A stretch of DNA of 64,000 bases from Candidatus Omnitrophota bacterium (GCA_028715965.1 JAQUQS010000001.1:97332-161331), one strand, 5' to 3'. Positions 32,969 to 44,100 are shown, counted from the first letter of the stretch. Numbers and translations are program-made. Notes: generated by a model not told the origin, from the sequence alone.

Positions 32969-33573
32969 AGCCTTATAAAGTTCTCCAGCATCTTAAGCCC
33001 GTACTTCTGTGACCGTTCCGGGTGGAACTGCGTCGCGAACACGTTATCTTTCCATAGGACCGAAACGTAGTCCAGTCCGTAACCGGTAATACCGGCCACA
33101 TTGTCATTATCTCCGGGTACGCAATAATACGAATGCACGAAATAAAAGAACGTGTTATCCGGGATACCCATGAACAAGGGACATTCCGGCCTTTTCATGG
33201 CCACCGTGTTCCATCCGATCTGCGGGACCTTGAGCCCTTCCGCCCTCGGAAAAAGCTTCACGTCCCCCTTGATCACATCGAGGCAATCACATCCGCCGCT
33301 CTCTTCACTTTTCGTGAACAGAAGCTGCAGCCCCAGGCATATACCGAGGAACAACTTCCCTCCGGCTATGTGTTCTTTTATCGGGGCTATGAGATCCCTG
33401 TCATCCAGACAGTTCATCGAGTCCTTCCCCGATCCCACACCCGGCAGGACGAGTTTTTCCACGGAACGCACTTCTTCCGGCGTACGACATATCTTGAGCT
33501 CCGCGCCCAGATAACGGAACGCGTTGTAGACGCTCCTCAGATTGCCCGATCCATAATCTATCATCCCTATCAT
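32965..33573 (-). CDS. hisH: Imidazole glycerol phosphate synthase glutamine amidotransferase subunit.
   Basis: The likely start is MIGMIDYGSGNLRS at 33573. The ORF track extends to 33642. Class I GATase motifs are present (..GICLGLQ..). Confidence 0.9.
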   Translation of the reverse strand: MIGMIDYGSGNLRSVYNAFRYLGAELKICRTPEEVRSVEKLVLPGVGSGKDSMNCLDDRDLIAPIKEHIAGGKLFLGICLGLQLLFTKSEESGGCDCLDVIKGDVKLFPRAEGLKVPQIGWNTVAMKRPECPLFMGIPDNTFFYFVHSYYCVPGDNDNVAGITGYGLDYVSVLWKDNVFATQFHPERSQKYGLKMLENFIRL

Positions 33574-33589
33574 ATGTTCACCACACTTG

Positions 33590-34240
33590 TCATAATATAC
33601 CTTTACTCGAGGGCACCTCTCCCGCGCGCCTCGGGTCCACACGCGTGGCCTTGTCCAGGGCTATACCGAGCGCCTTGAACACCGCCTCAAGATAATGGTG
33701 CATATCGCCTTCGCCGTATATCTCCACATGAAGGTTCATGCTTATCTTGTTAGCGAAGCTCTCAAGTAGATCCTGCGCGTAGTGCATGGAATATCCCTCG
33801 TCATCCTTTATCCCTTCCTTGCCACCGGAAACCGCGTTGACCGACAGCCTGAACGCCGGCCTGTTCGAGAGGTCAACGGACACTTTGGCGCCGGCCTTGT
33901 CCATGGGGACCTCCGCGTAGGCGGTCCTGACTATACCCCTGCAATCCCCCAGGGCTTTTTTGAAAGCTTCCCCCAGCGCCAGGCCTATATCCTCGTTGAG
34001 ATGGTGATTGTCCACATGGGTATCACCTTTCGCCTTAAGCTTTATATCAAAATACCCGTGGTAGGCGAACAATGTAAGCATATGGTCAAGGAACCCTATG
34101 GAGGTCTTTATATCGGCCTTTCCGGTCCCATCGACATCAAGAAGCGGTATCGTTATCTCGGTCTCCCTGGACTTCCGTTCATATGAAACGGTCTCCCTCC
34201 GATCACCGCGAACACCCTGTTTTTTCCCGAATATACCCAT
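33590..34240 (-). CDS. hisB: Imidazoleglycerol-phosphate dehydratase, monofunctional.
   Basis: The likely start is MGIFGKKQ at 34240. The ORF track extends to 34303. IGPD motifs are present (..DHMLTLFAYHGYFD.., ..HH..E..). Confidence 0.9.
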   Translation of the reverse strand: MGIFGKKQGVRGDRRETVSYERKSRETEITIPLLDVDGTGKADIKTSIGFLDHMLTLFAYHGYFDIKLKAKGDTHVDNHHLNEDIGLALGEAFKKALGDCRGIVRTAYAEVPMDKAGAKVSVDLSNRPAFRLSVNAVSGGKEGIKDDEGYSMHYAQDLLESFANKISMNLHVEIYGEGDMHHYLEAVFKALGIALDKATRVDPRRAGEVPSSKGIL

Positions 34241-34253
34241 CTTTCCTCCCGGT

Positions 34254-35477
34254 TCATTCACATCTTGCCTGGACAGACTCCCAGTGCCTGACCAGCTTCT
34301 CAAGTTCCGTTATCTCTTTTACCCATTCGGCGGATTTGCATATGGCCCGTCTCGAATAAGAGATTATGTGGGAGCTTTTCATGAAACTCCTGAGGTTAAG
34401 GCCCGACGAGTATCTGGCGGTACCCCCTGTCGGCAGTACATGGCTCGGCCCCGCGATGTAATCCCCTATGGCGACCGGCGTATACTGCCCGAGGAACACG
34501 GCACCGGCGTTAGTTATCATCTTTAAAAGCCTGTTCGGGGCTTTCACCATGAGTTCCAGGTGCTCCGGCCCGATCATATTGGACACGCGCGCCGCTTCCT
34601 CCAGGTTCCTGACCTTTATGATGTATCCCTTGAGGTCCGGGTCCTTATGCATGGCGTCGAACACCTTTTTCGACGGTGTCACCAGTATGGAAAGACCTTT
34701 GTGATGCTCTTCCTGCGCCATAAGGTCCCTCTTAAGGTAATCCATGTTGGTGTGCTGGTTGGCTATCACTAGCACTTCGCTGGGACCCGCCAGCATGTCT
34801 ATGTCGCAATAACCGAATACCTGCCTCTTGGCTTCCGTAACGAACTCGTTACCGGGACCAACTATCTTATCCACTTTCGGGACCGTCTTGGTGCCGAAAG
34901 CCATCGCGCCTATGGCCTGCGCCCCGCCTATCTTGTATATCTCGTCAACGTTGAGGAGATTCGCCACCACAAGTATATGCGGATCTATACTTTTGTATTT
35001 GTTCGGCGGGGATACCATAACGACCTTTTTAACCCCAGCTATCCGGGCCGGGAGCACGGTCATGTAGACACTGGATACAAGTGGCACCGTACCGCTCGGG
35101 ACATATACCCCCACATTCTCTATTGGCGTGAATTTTTCCCCGAGTTCCACCCCGGAATCCTGCTTCATTTTCCAGGACCTGGGTATCTGTTTCAGATAGA
35201 ACTTCTCGATGTTCCCTATTATCTCCTTGAGCGTGTTCACCATCTCCGGCTTTATGTTCTGGTAAGCTCCCGATATCTCCGCCTCGGTGACCCGTATGTC
35301 CTTTTTCTTGAGATCCACTTTGTCGAACCTCTTCGTGTACTTTACCAGCGCGCTGTCACCGTTAGCCCTCACGTCGGAAAGTATCCTTGCCACCTTTTGC
35401 TCAAGGCGCTTTTTCCCGATACCACCCCTGGTAAGGAGGTTATTGAACATCTGACTGCCTACTTTTACAGACCTCAT
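34254..35477 (-). CDS. hisD: Histidinol dehydrogenase.
   Basis: The 407-aa ORF has HisD signatures (..VPSGTVPL.., ..GPSHVLPTGGTARYSSGL..). Confidence 0.9.
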   Translation of the reverse strand: MRSVKVGSQMFNNLLTRGGIGKKRLEQKVARILSDVRANGDSALVKYTKRFDKVDLKKKDIRVTEAEISGAYQNIKPEMVNTLKEIIGNIEKFYLKQIPRSWKMKQDSGVELGEKFTPIENVGVYVPSGTVPLVSSVYMTVLPARIAGVKKVVMVSPPNKYKSIDPHILVVANLLNVDEIYKIGGAQAIGAMAFGTKTVPKVDKIVGPGNEFVTEAKRQVFGYCDIDMLAGPSEVLVIANQHTNMDYLKRDLMAQEEHHKGLSILVTPSKKVFDAMHKDPDLKGYIIKVRNLEEAARVSNMIGPEHLELMVKAPNRLLKMITNAGAVFLGQYTPVAIGDYIAGPSHVLPTGGTARYSSGLNLRSFMKSSHIISYSRRAICKSAEWVKEITELEKLVRHWESVQARCE

Positions 35478-35478
35478 T

Positions 35479-38184
35479 TCACCCTCTCTTTTCTATATAT
35501 TCCACGGCCATAGCCAGCGCTTTTTCCAGCCCGGACGGATCCTTGCCCCCGGCCTGGGCGAACGCTTTTTTGCCTCCACCTGATCCGTTTATAGCGGTGG
35601 ATACGAACGTGATGAGCTCCTTCGCGTCTATATCCTTTTCCCCAATATCTACCGTAACTGCGCACATAAGGTACGCTTTGTCATCCTGTCGCGATCCCAG
35701 GAGGACAACGGACGACCTGACCTTTTTCTCTACTGCGCCTGTCACCTGGCGCAGTATGTTCATGTCCACTCCCTCTATAATACCCGCGACCAGATTAACG
35801 TCCTTTATCTTCACGGGATCGGCCGCGAGACTATCGGCTGTCCTGAGCGCGGCGTTCAGAAGTTCCGCTCCGGCCTTCTTTGCCTTGTTCTTTTCCTCTT
35901 TGGCGCGTTTTTCCTCTTCCGAGGACAGCGCATCCTTCCATATTTCGTCAAATTCATGCACAACGGCGGAGTCGACCTCTTTCTTGCCTTCCGCCACCTC
36001 AACTATCTTTTTCCATGTATCATCTCCACCGGTGACCGGCGGCCTGCCTCCTAGTTTCTCTTTCATGAAATCGTTAAGATAGCGTTTTACCCACACGCGC
36101 GCTTCCTCTCCCGTGACCGCCTCTATGCGCCTTATCCCGCTCGCGACGGAACTTTCGGCCGTTATCTTAACGAGTTCAATTATCCCTGTATTGTCCACAT
36201 GGGTGCCACCGCATAGTTCCTTGGACTTGTCCCCGACGGATACCACACGTACCACTTCCCCGTATTTTTCGCCGAAGAACGAAAGAGCCCCCTCTTTTCT
36301 AGCTTCTTCCAGCGTCTTTTCTCCCTTACATACGGATATGTCCTCCGATATCCACCCGTTCACCATATCCTGGACCTTTATGAGTTCCCTGTCCGACACC
36401 TTTTTCATATGCGTGAAATCGAACCTTAGGCGCTTATCATCCACATGCGATCCCGCCTGTTTTACCGTATCTCCCAGCACGACCCGGAGGGCCGCCTGCA
36501 AAAGATGTGTCGCGGTATGGTTACACGCCGTGCGCCCTTTTCGTTCACGGTCTATCTCCACGACCACTTTCTCTCCCTTTTCGACCCGTCCCTGGCGGGC
36601 CACGACCTGCAGGATCTTCCTGCCGTCGGACTCGAACACGTTGACTATCTCGAGCTGAGCGCCTTCCCTGCTAACGAAACCCTTATCCCCTATTTGTCCG
36701 CCCGACTCGGAATACAGGTCCGCGCTCTGCGGACATGTTATTATTTCGGCGCATTCCCCCGGCGTTATGGTATCCACCTCTTCTCCCGACACCAGGATGT
36801 ATTCTATGGTCGCTTCAAGCGGCATGCCGGCAGAGAACTTCGGCCTCGGCGCTTTCGCGAAAAGATCTGGCCGGAAAATAAAATCGCAGGAAATATCACT
36901 GCCTTTGCGGGACTGCTCTTTCCTCTGGTCCATCAGGCGCTCAAAACCTTTTATGTCTATATCCGTATCCTTTCCACCCACCGCTAACATCTTATCCTGT
37001 ATGATCTCCAGGGGAAGACCATATGTGTCCACGAGCTTGAAAACATCCTCACCCGACAACGACTTCCCGCCTTTTTCCATCATCTCGTCAAGGACCGGCA
37101 TGGCGGAACACAACGTATCGTTGAACCTCTTTTCCTCCTCAAGTATTATAGCTGCTATGTGTTCCCTCTTCTCCCCAAGTTCCGGATATACCTTTCTCAT
37201 CTTCTCTACGACATCCGGCACTATACGGTAAAGCACCGGCTCTTTGGAAGAGCTCTTCAGGAACGCTCTTCGTATCAGCTTGCGCACAACGTACCCGCGT
37301 TTCTCGTTTGACGGGGAGACCCCGTCACATATCGCGAGCACGGCCGACCTCACATGATCGGCTATGAGGAATATATCCTCCCGGGAGATGCCCTCCCCGA
37401 CGATCGCCTTTATGGTCTTGATCATGGGCGCGAATACATCCGTGCCGAAGTTGGAATATGACCCCTGCATTACGGCCGTTATCCTCTCGAGCCCCATACC
37501 TGTGTCGATGTTCTTGTTCGGCAGCGGGACCAGCCCGCCATCAGGCTTTCTTTCAAATTCCGTGAAGACCAGGTTCCATACCTCCACGAACCTGCCGCAG
37601 TCACAAGACGGGTCGCACGAAGGATCCCCGCATCGCACCTGATCCGGCCCCCAGTCGTAAAAGATCTCCGAACACGGTCCGCACGGCCCATTGGGACCTT
37701 TTGTCGGGGCGTCGGAAGGCCAGAAATTATCCTTTGCCCCCATTTTGACAACACGTCCGGCCGGGACACCCACCTCATTGATCCAGATGTCATACGACTC
37801 ATTATCGTCACGATATACGGACACCCATAATCTTTCTTCCGGGATATTCATCTCTTTCGTCATGAAATCCCATGCCCACCGTATCGCGTCACGCTTGAAA
37901 TAATCCCCGAAGGAGAAATTCCCCAACATCTCGAAAAAAGTATGGTGCCGGGGCGTCTTTCCCACGTTCTCAAGGTCCCCGGTCCTTATACACTTCTGGC
38001 AGGACGCGGCCCTCGTATAAACGATGTTCTTCCCCATGAACTGGTCCTTGAACTGGTTCATCCCGGCTCCGGTAAAAAGAAGCGTCGGATCATCCCTGGG
38101 TACCAGAAGATCGCTCTCCACTATCTTATGGTTTTTGTCCCTGAAGAACGACAGGAACCTGTCCCTTATTTCATCAGATAACAT
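35479..38184 (-). CDS. alaS: Alanyl-tRNA synthetase.
   Basis: The 901-aa ORF has a class II AlaRS catalytic core, an editing domain and a C-terminal DHHA1-like domain. Only 1 nt separates it from hisD. Confidence 0.95.
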   Translation of the reverse strand: MLSDEIRDRFLSFFRDKNHKIVESDLLVPRDDPTLLFTGAGMNQFKDQFMGKNIVYTRAASCQKCIRTGDLENVGKTPRHHTFFEMLGNFSFGDYFKRDAIRWAWDFMTKEMNIPEERLWVSVYRDDNESYDIWINEVGVPAGRVVKMGAKDNFWPSDAPTKGPNGPCGPCSEIFYDWGPDQVRCGDPSCDPSCDCGRFVEVWNLVFTEFERKPDGGLVPLPNKNIDTGMGLERITAVMQGSYSNFGTDVFAPMIKTIKAIVGEGISREDIFLIADHVRSAVLAICDGVSPSNEKRGYVVRKLIRRAFLKSSSKEPVLYRIVPDVVEKMRKVYPELGEKREHIAAIILEEEKRFNDTLCSAMPVLDEMMEKGGKSLSGEDVFKLVDTYGLPLEIIQDKMLAVGGKDTDIDIKGFERLMDQRKEQSRKGSDISCDFIFRPDLFAKAPRPKFSAGMPLEATIEYILVSGEEVDTITPGECAEIITCPQSADLYSESGGQIGDKGFVSREGAQLEIVNVFESDGRKILQVVARQGRVEKGEKVVVEIDRERKGRTACNHTATHLLQAALRVVLGDTVKQAGSHVDDKRLRFDFTHMKKVSDRELIKVQDMVNGWISEDISVCKGEKTLEEARKEGALSFFGEKYGEVVRVVSVGDKSKELCGGTHVDNTGIIELVKITAESSVASGIRRIEAVTGEEARVWVKRYLNDFMKEKLGGRPPVTGGDDTWKKIVEVAEGKKEVDSAVVHEFDEIWKDALSSEEEKRAKEEKNKAKKAGAELLNAALRTADSLAADPVKIKDVNLVAGIIEGVDMNILRQVTGAVEKKVRSSVVLLGSRQDDKAYLMCAVTVDIGEKDIDAKELITFVSTAINGSGGGKKAFAQAGGKDPSGLEKALAMAVEYIEKRG

Positions 38185-38194
38185 ATGATTACCT

Positions 38195-38668
38195 CTAATC
38201 GCTCAATATTGCCCTTATGACCTCTTCCGATACATACGGGTCTATCCCCCGGCTTATGAGCACCCTGTATAGCCTGGCCTTGAATTTCTGGTCTTTCGGC
38301 CCACGCAGGTCCCGGAGTTTCGCCTTCAGGATTATGCTCGCCACCTTATGATCGTCCCTGGCCTCGGGTCTCGCCTCGAAGGCCTTTTTGATCGTATCTT
38401 CTCTTATCCCCTTTGCTGAAAGCTCCTCCGACAGGGCGCGCATCCCTTTCGGGTTGGTCCTGAGACGTGTCTCTATCCATTCAACGGAGAACTTAAGATC
38501 GTTGACCAGACCGTTCTTCCTGAGCCAAACGAGGACAGCCTCTGCCACATCAGCGGAATACTCCTTTTTCACGAGGTATTCCGACATCTCATGTTCGCTT
38601 CTGGGGCGTATCGAGATAAAACGCAGACAATCTTTTTTTGCGGACGAAACACCGTCATTGATACACAT
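38195..38668 (-). CDS. recX: Recombination regulator RecX.
   Basis: The 157-aa ORF has three-helix repeat architecture and sits immediately downstream of recA. Confidence 0.8.
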   Translation of the reverse strand: MCINDGVSSAKKDCLRFISIRPRSEHEMSEYLVKKEYSADVAEAVLVWLRKNGLVNDLKFSVEWIETRLRTNPKGMRALSEELSAKGIREDTIKKAFEARPEARDDHKVASIILKAKLRDLRGPKDQKFKARLYRVLISRGIDPYVSEEVIRAILSD

Positions 38669-38736
38669 TAAAGCCCGTCTCCAAAGAACGCAGCGCTGCC
38701 TTATTTCAGACCGGCTGACCGATCCTGTCCCATTCC

Positions 38737-39786
38737 CTATAAAAGGTCAGCGGTCTTAGAGGCTTTTACAACTTCCGCTTCGATCTTGTTCAGTAGTTTT
38801 GGGTTCTCTTTAAGAAAAACACGAGCGTTCTCTTTCCCCTGACCGATCTTTTCTTCCCCGAAAGAAAGCCACGTACCGCTCTTCTTGACGATATTGAACT
38901 GCTCGGCCAGATCAAGGATACTTGAGGACCTTGATATGCCTTCATCGAACATTATATCGAATTCGGATTGTTTGAATGGCGGGGCCATCTTGTTCTTGAC
39001 CACTTTGGCCCTCACACGGCTACCGATGACATTGTCGCCTTTCTTAAGCGAAGCTATCCTCCTGAGGTCTATCCTGACGGACGAGTAGAACTTAAGCGCG
39101 TTACCGCCCGTTGTCGTCTCCGGGTTGCCGAACATAACGCCGATCTTCATCCTTATCTGGTTTATGAAGATAACACATGTCTTGGATCTAGATATGGCCG
39201 CCGTAAGTTTACGTAACGCCTGGCTCATAAGCCGTGCCTGCAAGCCTACATGCGAATCCCCCATATCCCCCTCTATCTCTTTCCTGGGGGTAAGAGCGGC
39301 CACTGAATCTATGATCACTACGTCCAGGGCATTGCTGCGCACAAGCGTTTCGGCTATCTCAAGCGCCTGTTCACCGCTATCCGGCTGTGAGATAAGGAGC
39401 TTGTCAAGATCAACACCTATACGTTTCGCGTAGGAAGGGTCAAAAGCGTGTTCCGCGTCAATGAAAGCGGCGTCCCCGCCGTTCCTCTGAGCTCCGGCCA
39501 ATATGCTGAGAGTAAGGGTGGTCTTCCCGCTGGACTCCGGCCCAAATATCTCGACTATCCTCCCGCGAGGTACTCCTCCTATGCCTAAAGCCATATCGAG
39601 CCCCAGGGCCCCGGTCGTGATGGTATCGACCTCGATCTTATACCCTTCTCCCATTTTCATTATGGCTCCCTGTCCGAAATCCTTTTCTATCTTGCTTAAG
39701 GCAAGTTCGAGTGCCTTATTTTTTTCCGTTTTCTTAACTTCGGAGCGTTCTTTTTCATCGATTTTTTCGGTATTTTTCCTGGTCAT
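38737..39786 (-). CDS. recA: Recombinase RecA.
   Basis: The 349-aa ORF has [28 protein letters not shown] (Walker A) and the L1/L2 loops of RecA. Confidence 0.95.
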   Translation of the reverse strand: MTRKNTEKIDEKERSEVKKTEKNKALELALSKIEKDFGQGAIMKMGEGYKIEVDTITTGALGLDMALGIGGVPRGRIVEIFGPESSGKTTLTLSILAGAQRNGGDAAFIDAEHAFDPSYAKRIGVDLDKLLISQPDSGEQALEIAETLVRSNALDVVIIDSVAALTPRKEIEGDMGDSHVGLQARLMSQALRKLTAAISRSKTCVIFINQIRMKIGVMFGNPETTTGGNALKFYSSVRIDLRRIASLKKGDNVIGSRVRAKVVKNKMAPPFKQSEFDIMFDEGISRSSSILDLAEQFNIVKKSGTWLSFGEEKIGQGKENARVFLKENPKLLNKIEAEVVKASKTADLL

Positions 39787-39826
39787 GACAGCCCCCCGAT
39801 AATTTATGATTTAGATTAGTCGCTTT

Positions 39827-39855
39827 ATTATACTAATACCCCTCGTTCTTTGTAA
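39827..39855 (-). promoter_or_regulatory. Sigma70-like promoter upstream of recA.
   Basis: The minus strand reads TTACAA-N17-TATAAT, about 40 nt upstream of the recA ATG in an AT-rich spacer. Confidence 0.45.
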
Positions 39856-39973
39856 AGGCAATTATCTATTATATTTTAATATATATAGTGCTTTACCGCA
39901 CTTACCCGTCCCTTTCCGGGAAACCACGACATATTATGCGGCGTTATATACATAGACAACAGAAAACCGTGAA

Positions 39974-40546
39974 TTACTGCTTTTTTGCCAGGGATTTTTC
40001 ATAAATAGGAGTGTAAACAGGCCCTTCCTGTCTTAATTCCGATCGGTAAAGCGTTATCCTGTCTATACGACTTACCTCAGGGCGGGGGATCATTCCCAGG
40101 GCTTTTTCCCGCAAAAGACCGACACCGGACCCACTTCTTACCCGGCCTATGGTAATATGCGGCTTGAATTCCGCGCTATCCCGGCTGAAGCCCTTTTTTT
40201 CAAGGTTCCTGTCCAGGGAAAGCGATAGTCTCTCGATCTCAGGAACGCCTTTCCCTATCCCGATCCATATTACCCTGGGACGTCCCCATCCTGGAAAAGC
40301 ACCAAGACCGTCCAGGGACAGTTCAAATCCGGCGATGGACAAGGCCGTCCTCTCCATGGCGTCCTTTACGTCCTCCACCGACCTCAATGTGATGTCCCCG
40401 AGAAAACTGAACGTTATATGGATATTCCCGACAGGCACCCATTTCACGTCGGCGTCGGCATCTTTCAACCCGCCCTGTATCCGGGCGGCTTCTTCCCTGG
40501 CTTTTTCGGAAATATCTATCGCTATGAAAGCTCTTATCTTTTCCAT
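39974..40546 (-). CDS. thpR: RNA 2',3'-cyclic phosphodiesterase (2'-5' RNA ligase family, ThpR/LigT).
   Basis: Two H-x-T/S motifs are present (HITFSFLGD and HITIGR). The likely start is MEKIRAFIAI at 40546. The ORF track extends to 40597. Confidence 0.8.
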   Translation of the reverse strand: MEKIRAFIAIDISEKAREEAARIQGGLKDADADVKWVPVGNIHITFSFLGDITLRSVEDVKDAMERTALSIAGFELSLDGLGAFPGWGRPRVIWIGIGKGVPEIERLSLSLDRNLEKKGFSRDSAEFKPHITIGRVRSGSGVGLLREKALGMIPRPEVSRIDRITLYRSELRQEGPVYTPIYEKSLAKKQ

Positions 40547-40571
40547 ATCGGAAGGTCCTGTACGGATATGC

Positions 40572-41060
40572 TCATATGTTATCCGAGATGAAACCAAGAA
40601 GTGACTTCGCGAACTTCTCTTTTATCTCTTTGCGGGAACCCTTGAATAACAGTTTTTTCGTTCTCTTTTTGCGGTGGGACACGAATCCCATATAGGCCAG
40701 ACCAACGGGTTTTTTCGCGGTGCCGCCACCCGGACCCGCGATACCGGATATGGACGCGCCTATATCCGCGCCTGTCAGTCCGGCCACACCGGAAGCCATG
40801 GAAAGTGCTACCGGAGCGCTTACGGCCCCATACCGTTCTATTTTCGACGCCGGCACCCCCAGGGAAAGGACCTTCACGCCATTGGAATAAGCGACAACTC
40901 CGCCCAGAAAATACGAAGAGCTGCCGGGTACATCCGTTATCATGCTGGATACCAGGCCCCCCGTACAGGATTCCGCAAGCGCAAGTGTCATTTTTTTCCT
41001 GGCCAACAACTTTCCCACGTCATTATTGGCTTTCCTGCCCCGGACCTTCTCCTGTGCCAT
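40572..41060 (-). CDS. CinA C-terminal domain protein (nicotinamide-nucleotide amidohydrolase PncC-like), without the N-terminal MoCF-binding domain.
   Basis: The 162-aa ORF begins LTLALAESCTGGLVSSMITDVPGSSSYFLGGVVAYSN, typical of the CinA_C family. Confidence 0.8.
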   Translation of the reverse strand: MAQEKVRGRKANNDVGKLLARKKMTLALAESCTGGLVSSMITDVPGSSSYFLGGVVAYSNGVKVLSLGVPASKIERYGAVSAPVALSMASGVAGLTGADIGASISGIAGPGGGTAKKPVGLAYMGFVSHRKKRTKKLLFKGSRKEIKEKFAKSLLGFISDNI

Positions 41061-41103
41061 AATCCCACCTGATGATATGGTTATATGCCTTCCCTGAACA
41101 TAA

Positions 41104-41123
41104 GGCCGGGAAGTATCCCGGCC
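41104..41123 (-). terminator. Stem-loop downstream of smc (weak terminator candidate).
   Basis: GGCCGGGA-agta-TCCCGGCC, an 8-bp stem. The downstream U-tract on the minus-strand transcript is poor (CUUAUGUUC). Confidence 0.35.
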
Positions 41124-41153
41124 TCATGGGGCATGACGTCGTGTATACATATA

Positions 41154-44100
41154 TTACGCGCTTACGACCGCGGCGGGTTCCTCCGCCTCGGACCTCTCGT
41201 CCTCGGTGAACTTAACGGACACGATCTTCGATACACCTTTTTCCTGCATCGTGATACCGTATAACACGTCCGCCAGCTGTATGGTCATCCTGTTATGCGT
41301 GACGATTATGAACTGGGAAAGCTTCAGGAACTCCTGGAGCACACGGCAGAACCTCACGATATTGGACTCGTCAAGCGGCGCGTCTATTTCGTCCAATATA
41401 CAGAACGGGCTCGGGTTCACCTTGAATATCGCGAATATGAGCGCTATGGCGGTCATCGCCTTCTCACCACCGGAAAGCTGCATTATATTATGCAATTTCT
41501 TGCCTGGAGGCCTCACGACTATGTCTATGCCGCATTCCAACACATTGCTCTCATCCTGGAGGACAAGCTCGGCCTTGCCTCCGTTGAAAAGCATACGGAA
41601 ATAGCTGTTGAACTCGACCTTTATCTTATCGAACGTTTCTATGAAGAGCTTACGCGTGGTCTGGTTTATCTGTCTTATCGCCTTAAGCAGGGACTCGCGG
41701 CTTTCCACCAGGTCGTCACGCTGTTTTGTGAGGAACTGGAACCTTTCCTCGAGCTGCTTATGTTCTTCTACCGCGCCAAGGCTCACTTCGCCCATTTTAT
41801 CTATCTGGTCCTTCAGGTCGTTTATCCTGGCCTCCACTTCCTGCCAGTTCTCTTCCTGCGCGTCCCCCTCGCAGGACAAGCTCTTCTCGATGTCGACCTT
41901 GTAAGTCTCCAGCATCCTGTCCACGAGGGCCTGGCGCTTGTACTCCAGCTCTTTTTTCTGTATGTCGAGATCGCGTATCCTGTCGCGCGCTTCCTCAAGT
42001 TCTTTCTCGAAACGTTTTACTTTCTCCTCTTCTTCCCGCACCCTTACCGAAAGCTCCTCTTTGCTCTCCCTCACCAATGTTATTTCATCGTTCTTTTCCC
42101 CGATGGCCTTTTCGCATTCGCCTATGCGCGTTTCAAGTTCTTTCGTCTGTTCATTAAGCTCCTTTATCCTTTGTCCACTCTCGGCTATCCTTCCCCTCTT
42201 ATCCCCGACCTCATGTTCCATCCTCTCGAACGACGTCCGTTCCCTGGTAAGGTTCTCGCTGATATTCTCTTCTTCTTTCCTGAGCCCCGAGAGCTCGGCC
42301 TTTATATCGGATATGGCGAAAAGAGCCTCTTCCCTCAGGCGGCTTTTGTCCTGTATCACCAGCTGTGATTCCTCCATTACCGCGTTCAGGCGTATATTCT
42401 CCTCTTCCAATTCCCTGCTCTTCTCCTCAGCCCTGGACAATTCCTCCCTCAAAGAGATTATTATCCCTGATTCCTCCGCTATTTCCGCGGCGACAACATT
42501 AAGCTCCTTGTCGATCGAGTCCAGTTTATCCCTGACAGCGCCACGCCTTGAGCTGATATCCGCGAATTCCATCTGGCACTCCCGCAGATCGGACTCAAGA
42601 TGTTCTTTTCTAGCCTGGGAATCCCTTATCCAGTTCTCCAGGACGGATATCTCGGCGTTCAGTCCCTCTATCTCTTTTTCTATCCTTTCCTCATCAGCCA
42701 GCATTTCCCTGACCTTCTCCTGCCTGCCGAAAAGCGGAAGGACCTCTTTACCGGAGTAATTCCTGCTGCGTCGTACTCCCCGGCGGGATATCTCGCCCTT
42801 TTCACCCAATACCGCGTACGGGAACGGCTCGGTCCCGGAAACCGCTTCCTCCACGCGAGAAGACGGGCCCGCGACCAAAGTACGGGAAAGAAGCTCCCGG
42901 AGCGCCGGGATATATCTCTCATCGGTCCTGATAACGGACATCGCGGGGCCGAACCCGGGCACATCCCCCGGGATATCCTCTCCGGTCGCGCGCGCGCTGA
43001 GCTCTTCAAGGATTATCAGGCTCACGTTCTCCATGGAACCCTCTCTCAGGAATGACATGACCTTTTGCGCGTCCGAACGTGTCTCGACCACCACTGCCTG
43101 GGACAGATATCCCATGACGGATTCCATGGCCTCACCGTAACCGTCCTTCACGTTCACTATCTCGGATAATATCCCACATACCCCTTTGAAATCCTGGTCT
43201 TGCGCCTCCACCCTTTCCATTATGACCTTCGCGCCGTCATTTATACCCTCTCTTTCGGATATCAGCTTCTCCAGGAACTGCCTGCGCGGCCTGATGGCGT
43301 TAAGTTGTTTCTCCCTATCCGATTTTTCCCCGCCCAGGAGTATGTTCCTGTTATGTTTGGCCTGGTATTCCTCGTTGAAAGCGTAAAACTCCTTCTTTTT
43401 GCCTTCCAGTTTCCCTTTCACTCCTTCGGCCTTGGCGTCAAGCGCGCCAACCTCTTCCACCACCCGGGTCTTTTCGGCTTCCACGTTGACCTTTTCCGCC
43501 TTAAGCCTTTTTTCCCTGGCTACGGCATTACTTATATCGGCCTGTAGCTTTATGGCCAGGTTCCTGGCTTTTGTGGCTTCGGAAACTATATCAACTGTCC
43601 TCTCCCGGCTGAACTTGAGCTCATGCCTGCACAGTTCTATGGACTCGGACATGCCGCGCACGTTCTCTTCCGCCTGCGCCAGCTCAGCGTCTTTCTCCGT
43701 CCTTCTGCGATTAACTTCACCGAAACGCCTATCAAGCTCTTCAAGTCTGGTCTTCAGGCCTTCTCTTCTTTCGGTTATATCCTCTATTTCCCAGTCCAGT
43801 CTTTCCACGTATTTCTGGAGTTCTTCCACTCTTTCCCGGTTGACCGTGATCACATGCCTGTTCTTGTCCAGTTCCGACGCCATGATCGTCACCTGGTTCT
43901 GTATCTCCTGCAACTTCTCCATCACCATCTTGAAATCTTCACGGAAACCCGCTAGAGCGGAAGCCGCCCCTTCCAACGCGGAACTTTTTTCTTCCGCGAG
44001 ACGTTTGATGTCCCCGTTCATGTCCGCTATGGAACTGTCATTCGACCCGAGATCGTGATATTTTTTCAGGGCCTGTTTCACCTCAAGCCCTTTAAGTTCC

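Noticed and set aside
39787-39973. LexA/SOS box upstream of recA
   Set aside because: I searched for CTGT-N8-ACAG and GAAC-N4-GTTC style palindromes and found no convincing match. Only a sigma70-like promoter is reported.
41295-42759. Plus-strand ORFs of 357 and 273 aa, the latter Ser-rich and low-complexity
   Set aside because: They are antisense to the smc coiled-coil region. The low-complexity Ser/Leu composition is the mirror image of the Glu/Lys/Arg-rich SMC coiled coil.
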